Assembly (NCBI GenBank): GCA_964552005.1
Contig: CAZKFC010000001.1
Location: 109,934 to 173,933 of the forward strand
From: an uncultured Methanosarcinales archaeon
GTDB taxonomy: Archaea > Nanobdellota > Nanobdellia > Woesearchaeales > GW2011-AR15
Direction of reading: 5' to 3'
DNA length: 64,000 nucleotides
Shown: positions 60,028-64,000 of the stretch, piece by piece
Position numbering within the stretch: the stretch's first letter is position 1
Layout: the number at the start of each line of letters is the position of its first letter
Notes under the pieces: model-generated
The model's input: only the letters and a program-made list of their open reading frames with translations
Database searches by the model: none
Told to the model about the DNA's origin: nothing
Position numbers and translations under genes: made by a program

Positions 60028-61071
60028 ATGAAAAAAAGAGCATTCATAGAAATACATGGTTTAGTTGAAATTATTTTAGTGTTAGTTGTGATATTCGTAT
60101 TATTAGGGATAACTGGTTATTATAAAATTATATTAAATAGATTTGGTGAAGATACATTATGCCAGGGAAGTTTTGTTGCTAGTGCAATGACTAAGATGTT
60201 TGGCCAAACAACTATAGATCCTAAATGCCGTACTAATAGAATTACTTTAGTAATGGATGTTGAAGATGAAGGCGAGACAGAAACAGGCGGTGTTAAAATG
60301 GCTCTCAAAAAAGATTATCCGCCCCCAATACCAAGTCAAACTTGGGATACTAAATTAAGAGTGGATAACTGGAATGAACAATATGAAGAATTTCCTTATC
60401 CTTATCCTGAAGATGCTCCATCAGGACTTTCGGCAGAGGAAGAAGATGAATACGTTACAGTTAGATACAACATGGACAAGATCTTTGCGGATGAATTAAA
60501 AAGATGCTGGACAATTGTCGGAAAAGGTAATCTGCCATTATTTGATAACTGGTTTAGATTTATTGAATGTAATGGCGGTGAATGTGAAAACATAATGGAG
60601 GCTATGGGTGCAATTGTTGGTATAGGTGGTAGTACAACACCAACTGCAAACTTTTGTGTTTTATGTAGTAGAATTAAATTTAGTAGTGAAGTTATGAAGG
60701 GTTATTCAGGAGAATTTAATTCTATTAACCAGTGGATGAAAAATAATCCATGGCAAGTTGGTAGGCGTACTAGTTATTTAGAATATTTAATGGAAGAAGA
60801 TCAAAGTTTTTTTGCAGCACCTTCATTTTCATATTCTACGAATGAGCCACAAGCAGTTGTTTTTATTAGAGTAAACTTCCACCAAATTCCTGTATGGTTA
60901 TTACAATCTGCTGACTTAGCAGACACAGCACTATCTATGTTACCTTTTTATGAAGGAACGGAAGATAATCCTGTTTACTATGCAAATGCATTAAAGATAT
61001 TGCCGTATAATGAACTTTCAGATCCAAATAGTCCTTATCAATGTGATTATATAGTTGGAAGTTATATTTGA
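60028..61071 (+). CDS. Prepilin-like protein with a large Cys-containing exported domain
   Basis: MKKRA|FIEIHGLVEIILVLVVIFVLL, almost the same signal as the 58409-58861 protein; divergent from the minus-strand operon. Confidence 0.5.
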   Translation: MKKRAFIEIHGLVEIILVLVVIFVLLGITGYYKIILNRFGEDTLCQGSFVASAMTKMFGQTTIDPKCRTNRITLVMDVEDEGETETGGVKMALKKDYPPPIPSQTWDTKLRVDNWNEQYEEFPYPYPEDAPSGLSAEEEDEYVTVRYNMDKIFADELKRCWTIVGKGNLPLFDNWFRFIECNGGECENIMEAMGAIVGIGGSTTPTANFCVLCSRIKFSSEVMKGYSGEFNSINQWMKNNPWQVGRRTSYLEYLMEEDQSFFAAPSFSYSTNEPQAVVFIRVNFHQIPVWLLQSADLADTALSMLPFYEGTEDNPVYYANALKILPYNELSDPNSPYQCDYIVGSYI

Positions 61072-61073
61072 AA

Positions 61074-61217
61074 ATGAATAAAAAAGCTGAATTAACTATT
61101 GAGACAATTGCAATATACTTATTAGCATTATTTTTTGCCGCTGTTGTCATTTATTTAATAATGACTAATGGTTATAAGATACGCGAGTTATTAAACATTT
61201 TATTTGGGATATTATGA
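61074..61217 (+). CDS. 47-aa minor prepilin-like protein MNKKA|ELTIETIAIYLLALFFAAVVIYL...
   Basis: Found by hand. It has E at +1 and +5 after the putative cleavage site. Its start lies 3 nt after the upstream stop, and its stop overlaps the next start (ATGA). Confidence 0.4.
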   Translation: MNKKAELTIETIAIYLLALFFAAVVIYLIMTNGYKIRELLNILFGIL

Positions 61218-64000
61218 ATAAGAGAGCATTAGTGTTTAGGACAGTTGCATTCATTATATTAGTTTTAGCTTTGTTAGTAGTTGGCTTCAATATCTTGGGC
61301 GTATTAAGGGAAGCAGGTATAATCTCACCAGGTTCATTTTTAGATGATTATGGTACTTTTACTCCTTATCATCTTGCGCCAGAAACTGCAGCAGAAGTTA
61401 CTGTTCAAGATTCTGTTAATGCTTTGGTATGCGCAATTAATATGGTTTCTGCATTAGATAATATACCGACATCCGTTTTAAGAGGAGGATCTGTAGAGAG
61501 TTATATTAGCAGCAGACTAAACAGAAATTTGTATGAAAGCAACTGTCCAGATGGTAATTATATTGAATTTACAGAAGAAGAATTAACAAATGTTAGAGGC
61601 AGTAAATGTTTTGAAAATTATGGTGTTTGTGTTTCAGAAGTTGAAAATGATAAGGCACATTATGAAGATGCTGATTATAATCCTAATGATGATATTACAT
61701 GTCCTAGAACAAGACCGGAATGCGAATTGCAATGTAAATTTGCATGGGGGAGATCTTGTGAACCAACCTCTTCTGAAAAAAAAATTTGTGATAATAATTA
61801 TGCCAGATATTGTATGGCCTCTGGTTACTGGTGCCAGCAATTATGTTCATACAGTGTTGGTTCCTTAGGCTATTCCAGGACTGCCCCAACAGGGTGTGAG
61901 GTGGAAAAAGGTAATGTGTATTGTAATGGGGTGAACGGAGAAATCAATTATGATTCAGAAATTGAAGAGAATATTGAAGAATATGCAGCCCAAGTAAGAA
62001 CTGGTTATGATGTTGCTTTAGAGTGTAATGAAGGTGTTTTATTTGGTTCTAGCTGTGTTAAATGCGAATTAGATGAATCACGTTTCAAATGCAAAGTTAA
62101 TAATTTTTATCTACCACAAACAGGAGCAGGTGACAGAGGTACTTTAGATAGGTGGATTGCTGGGTTAGGAGATCCTGAGTTTGTTTTATATTATGAAGCA
62201 TTTCCTGAAGGGGAAGATGAATATTGGAAACCAGATTATGCTAGTTATTCACCATTATTGTTGTATGGTGCTTCTATAGCATCACTAATTCTTCCAGCAG
62301 ATGCTGAGTTGATTAAGGCAGTTCACCAAGAAAGAAGACTTACAGATATTTTGGTAGATAATACTTTAATTGGGAAAATAGGAGGATCTTTGTTTAAACA
62401 AGCCCAACGTGTAAAAAAGGGGCTTTTTTTATTAGGTGTTAAAAATGCAGATTTTGCAGCCAGATTAGATTTAATTGAATTGGCATTAAGAAAATCTGAT
62501 ATTATGTTTCAGGATTCAACAGAATTTTTACCTTTAATAAGAAAATATGTTGATGAAAACTCTTTAAGAATCACTGATGAAATTGCTCTACAAAGAGAAT
62601 TAGCCGGAGAATTCGAAAGACAAATTGCAAGAGCTGAAGGTGTGATTCCTGGTTCAACTGGAGCAAGAGCAATAGAACAAATAGCAGAGGAAGAAGCATT
62701 AGCTTTTATGACACATATCAGAACTGGTTTAGGATCATCTTCTGTTGATATTGCCAAAGCACGCATGGCCAGAAATCTAGGGTTGTCCTTAGATCAAGTT
62801 TATGAAAACGGTAAAATAAGTGTCGAAGCAGTTGGTGAATTCCTAAAAGATAATCCTGATAGGGTTGAGGCTTTTGTTGAGCTTATGGAATCAGGTAGTT
62901 TATCCGCAGACCAGATGGGGGATTATATAAGACTATTAAGAGATACAACAGATGAATTTTCAGATAATTGGATGCAGTATCATCTCATTGGAAGAAATTC
63001 AGATGGTTTGAATGATTTTATGGCTGCATTAGGTCAAAATCCTGAAGAAGTAACAAGGGTTGGAGGTCTTATGCGTAGAATACCTATATTAAGAGCAGGT
63101 GTTCAGATGGCAGAATGGGGCAGAGCCATTGGGTTAGGTGCTTTAAGCTTAACAAGTACAGAAAATAGATGGTTTACAATGGCCTTCTTGTATTTTATGG
63201 GAGATTTAATTGACAGCGTTAATAACAAATTTTTGCCACATGGTGTGAATAATTTAGTTATTCAAACACCGCACATGCTTGGACAAGCCTATACATACGA
63301 ACTTGAAAAATCCACACCTTATTCCATAATTTTAAACAATAATCAAAAAATTGGCAGATTCTATTTTGCTAGTCCATGTAAAGCAGACCTTACAGTTGAA
63401 TCTGAACAGTTTAGTACAACTATCTCAGATATAGGTGACTTATTAATTTATGATTTATATGACTTTGGATCTGGGTTAATGACAGTTAAAAAAGGCACAT
63501 TGGATTATAAAATACCAGCTCCAAGTTTATATGATGAAGGACAAAGACTAAATTCAATATCTAATTATAATACAGTACTTACTCAATTAAGGAATATTGA
63601 CACTAGTTTTTCAACTGTTTCGGGAAGTACATCAATTGAAGATCTGTATAATTATGCAAAAGAAAAATATGCTAATAATGAGTTTGAAAAGGCACTTAAA
63701 GTATTCATGATAATAACAAAATATTATCCGGTTTCTATCGAAGCATACCATTCATATTCAATAATTGATGAGTTCTTAACAGATTACGAACTCTTTTTGA
63801 AAATTCCACCAGATGAATTAAAAAATATTGCTTTTGAGTTTTTTATTGATGATGATGACACAATAAAATATTATTCAGAGTTTTGGGAAGATATTTATAA
63901 TAAACTTGAAAATGGCGAGATATCTAATTACCCCGAGGCTGTTCGTGGACACGCTTGTATGAATGAAGTTACATATAGAGAAAATCTTGGATTATGTATG
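61214..64000 (+). CDS. Large (over 928 aa, open to the window end) prepilin-like anchored protein with Cys-rich and helical regions
   Basis: Hand translation shows an uninterrupted frame from the ATG at 61214 to 64000. The N-terminus is MNKRA|LVFRTVAFIILVLALLVVGF. The gene is absent from the ORF track because no stop lies in the window. Confidence 0.6.
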   Translation, partial: MNKRALVFRTVAFIILVLALLVVGFNILGVLREAGIISPGSFLDDYGTFTPYHLAPETAAEVTVQDSVNALVCAINMVSALDNIPTSVLRGGSVESYISSRLNRNLYESNCPDGNYIEFTEEELTNVRGSKCFENYGVCVSEVENDKAHYEDADYNPNDDITCPRTRPECELQCKFAWGRSCEPTSSEKKICDNNYARYCMASGYWCQQLCSYSVGSLGYSRTAPTGCEVEKGNVYCNGVNGEINYDSEIEENIEEYAAQVRTGYDVALECNEGVLFGSSCVKCELDESRFKCKVNNFYLPQTGAGDRGTLDRWIAGLGDPEFVLYYEAFPEGEDEYWKPDYASYSPLLLYGASIASLILPADAELIKAVHQERRLTDILVDNTLIGKIGGSLFKQAQRVKKGLFLLGVKNADFAARLDLIELALRKSDIMFQDSTEFLPLIRKYVDENSLRITDEIALQRELAGEFERQIARAEGVIPGSTGARAIEQIAEEEALAFMTHIRTGLGSSSVDIAKARMARNLGLSLDQVYENGKISVEAVGEFLKDNPDRVEAFVELMESGSLSADQMGDYIRLLRDTTDEFSDNWMQYHLIGRNSDGLNDFMAALGQNPEEVTRVGGLMRRIPILRAGVQMAEWGRAIGLGALSLTSTENRWFTMAFLYFMGDLIDSVNNKFLPHGVNNLVIQTPHMLGQAYTYELEKSTPYSIILNNNQKIGRFYFASPCKADLTVESEQFSTTISDIGDLLIYDLYDFGSGLMTVKKGTLDYKIPAPSLYDEGQRLNSISNYNTVLTQLRNIDTSFSTVSGSTSIEDLYNYAKEKYANNEFEKALKVFMIITKYYPVSIEAYHSYSIIDEFLTDYELFLKIPPDELKNIAFEFFIDDDDTIKYYSEFWEDIYNKLENGEISNYPEAVRGHACMNEVTYRENLGLCM

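Noticed and set aside
1-64000. Possibility that the contig is from a CPR bacterium rather than an archaeon, considered because of the bacterial-type murein hydrolase domains, MacB transporter, gyrase and AT-rich small-genome style
   Set aside because: GatD/GatE, RadA with an N-terminal HhH, archaeal RPA with a Zn ribbon, aMBF1, the ATP-dependent ligase and the intron-containing tRNA are archaeal hallmarks. The bacterial-type genes are better explained as horizontal acquisitions, which are typical of DPANN.

Overview
Very AT-rich window from what is almost certainly a small-genome DPANN-type archaeon, judged from content alone. Archaeal markers include the GatD/GatE amidotransferase, RadA, RPA, aMBF1, an ATP-dependent DNA ligase, intron-containing tRNAs, a class IIb Asp/Asn-tRNA synthetase, and leaderless or Shine-Dalgarno-type starts. 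Housekeeping genes (gyrA, lig, radA, gatDE, aspS, tRNA modification enzymes, a MacB-type ABC exporter) are interspersed with four accessory regions. (1) 4.2-11.6 kb is a RiPP-like maturation island with a PqqD-like RRE, a PF14907 nucleotidyltransferase, an HPr-kinase-like P-loop kinase, a PaaK/F390-type adenylating enzyme, two B12-binding radical SAM enzymes, a mini S26-like Ser/His peptidase and a 25-aa candidate precursor. No lasso cyclase or protease is present. A GC-richer IS200-type (TnpA-only) element abuts this island. (2) 12.7-22.7 kb is a cell-surface glycan biosynthesis cluster (epimerase, GT-C-like membrane proteins, N-acetyl-sugar amidotransferase, methyltransferase, two GT2 enzymes). 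It lies near a 1459-aa sequon-saturated surface (S-layer-like) glycoprotein built from tandem duplicated modules. (3) 54.9-64 kb is a tightly overlapped locus of at least seven proteins that share prepilin-like [KR][KR][AG] N-termini. One is a 1178-aa protein combining NlpC/P60, lytic transglycosylase and zincin modules, and another is an open-ended protein of more than 900 aa. This looks like a previously undescribed pilus-anchored cell-wall-attacking or host-attachment apparatus. (4) 52.7-52.9 kb carries a three-unit hairpin repeat with CRISPR-like periodicity. Also notable are a tRNA-Trp that appears to carry two introns, one of them in the T-loop, and a truncated UbiA prenyltransferase next to that tRNA. 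All functional calls come from motif recognition by eye; no database searches were run.
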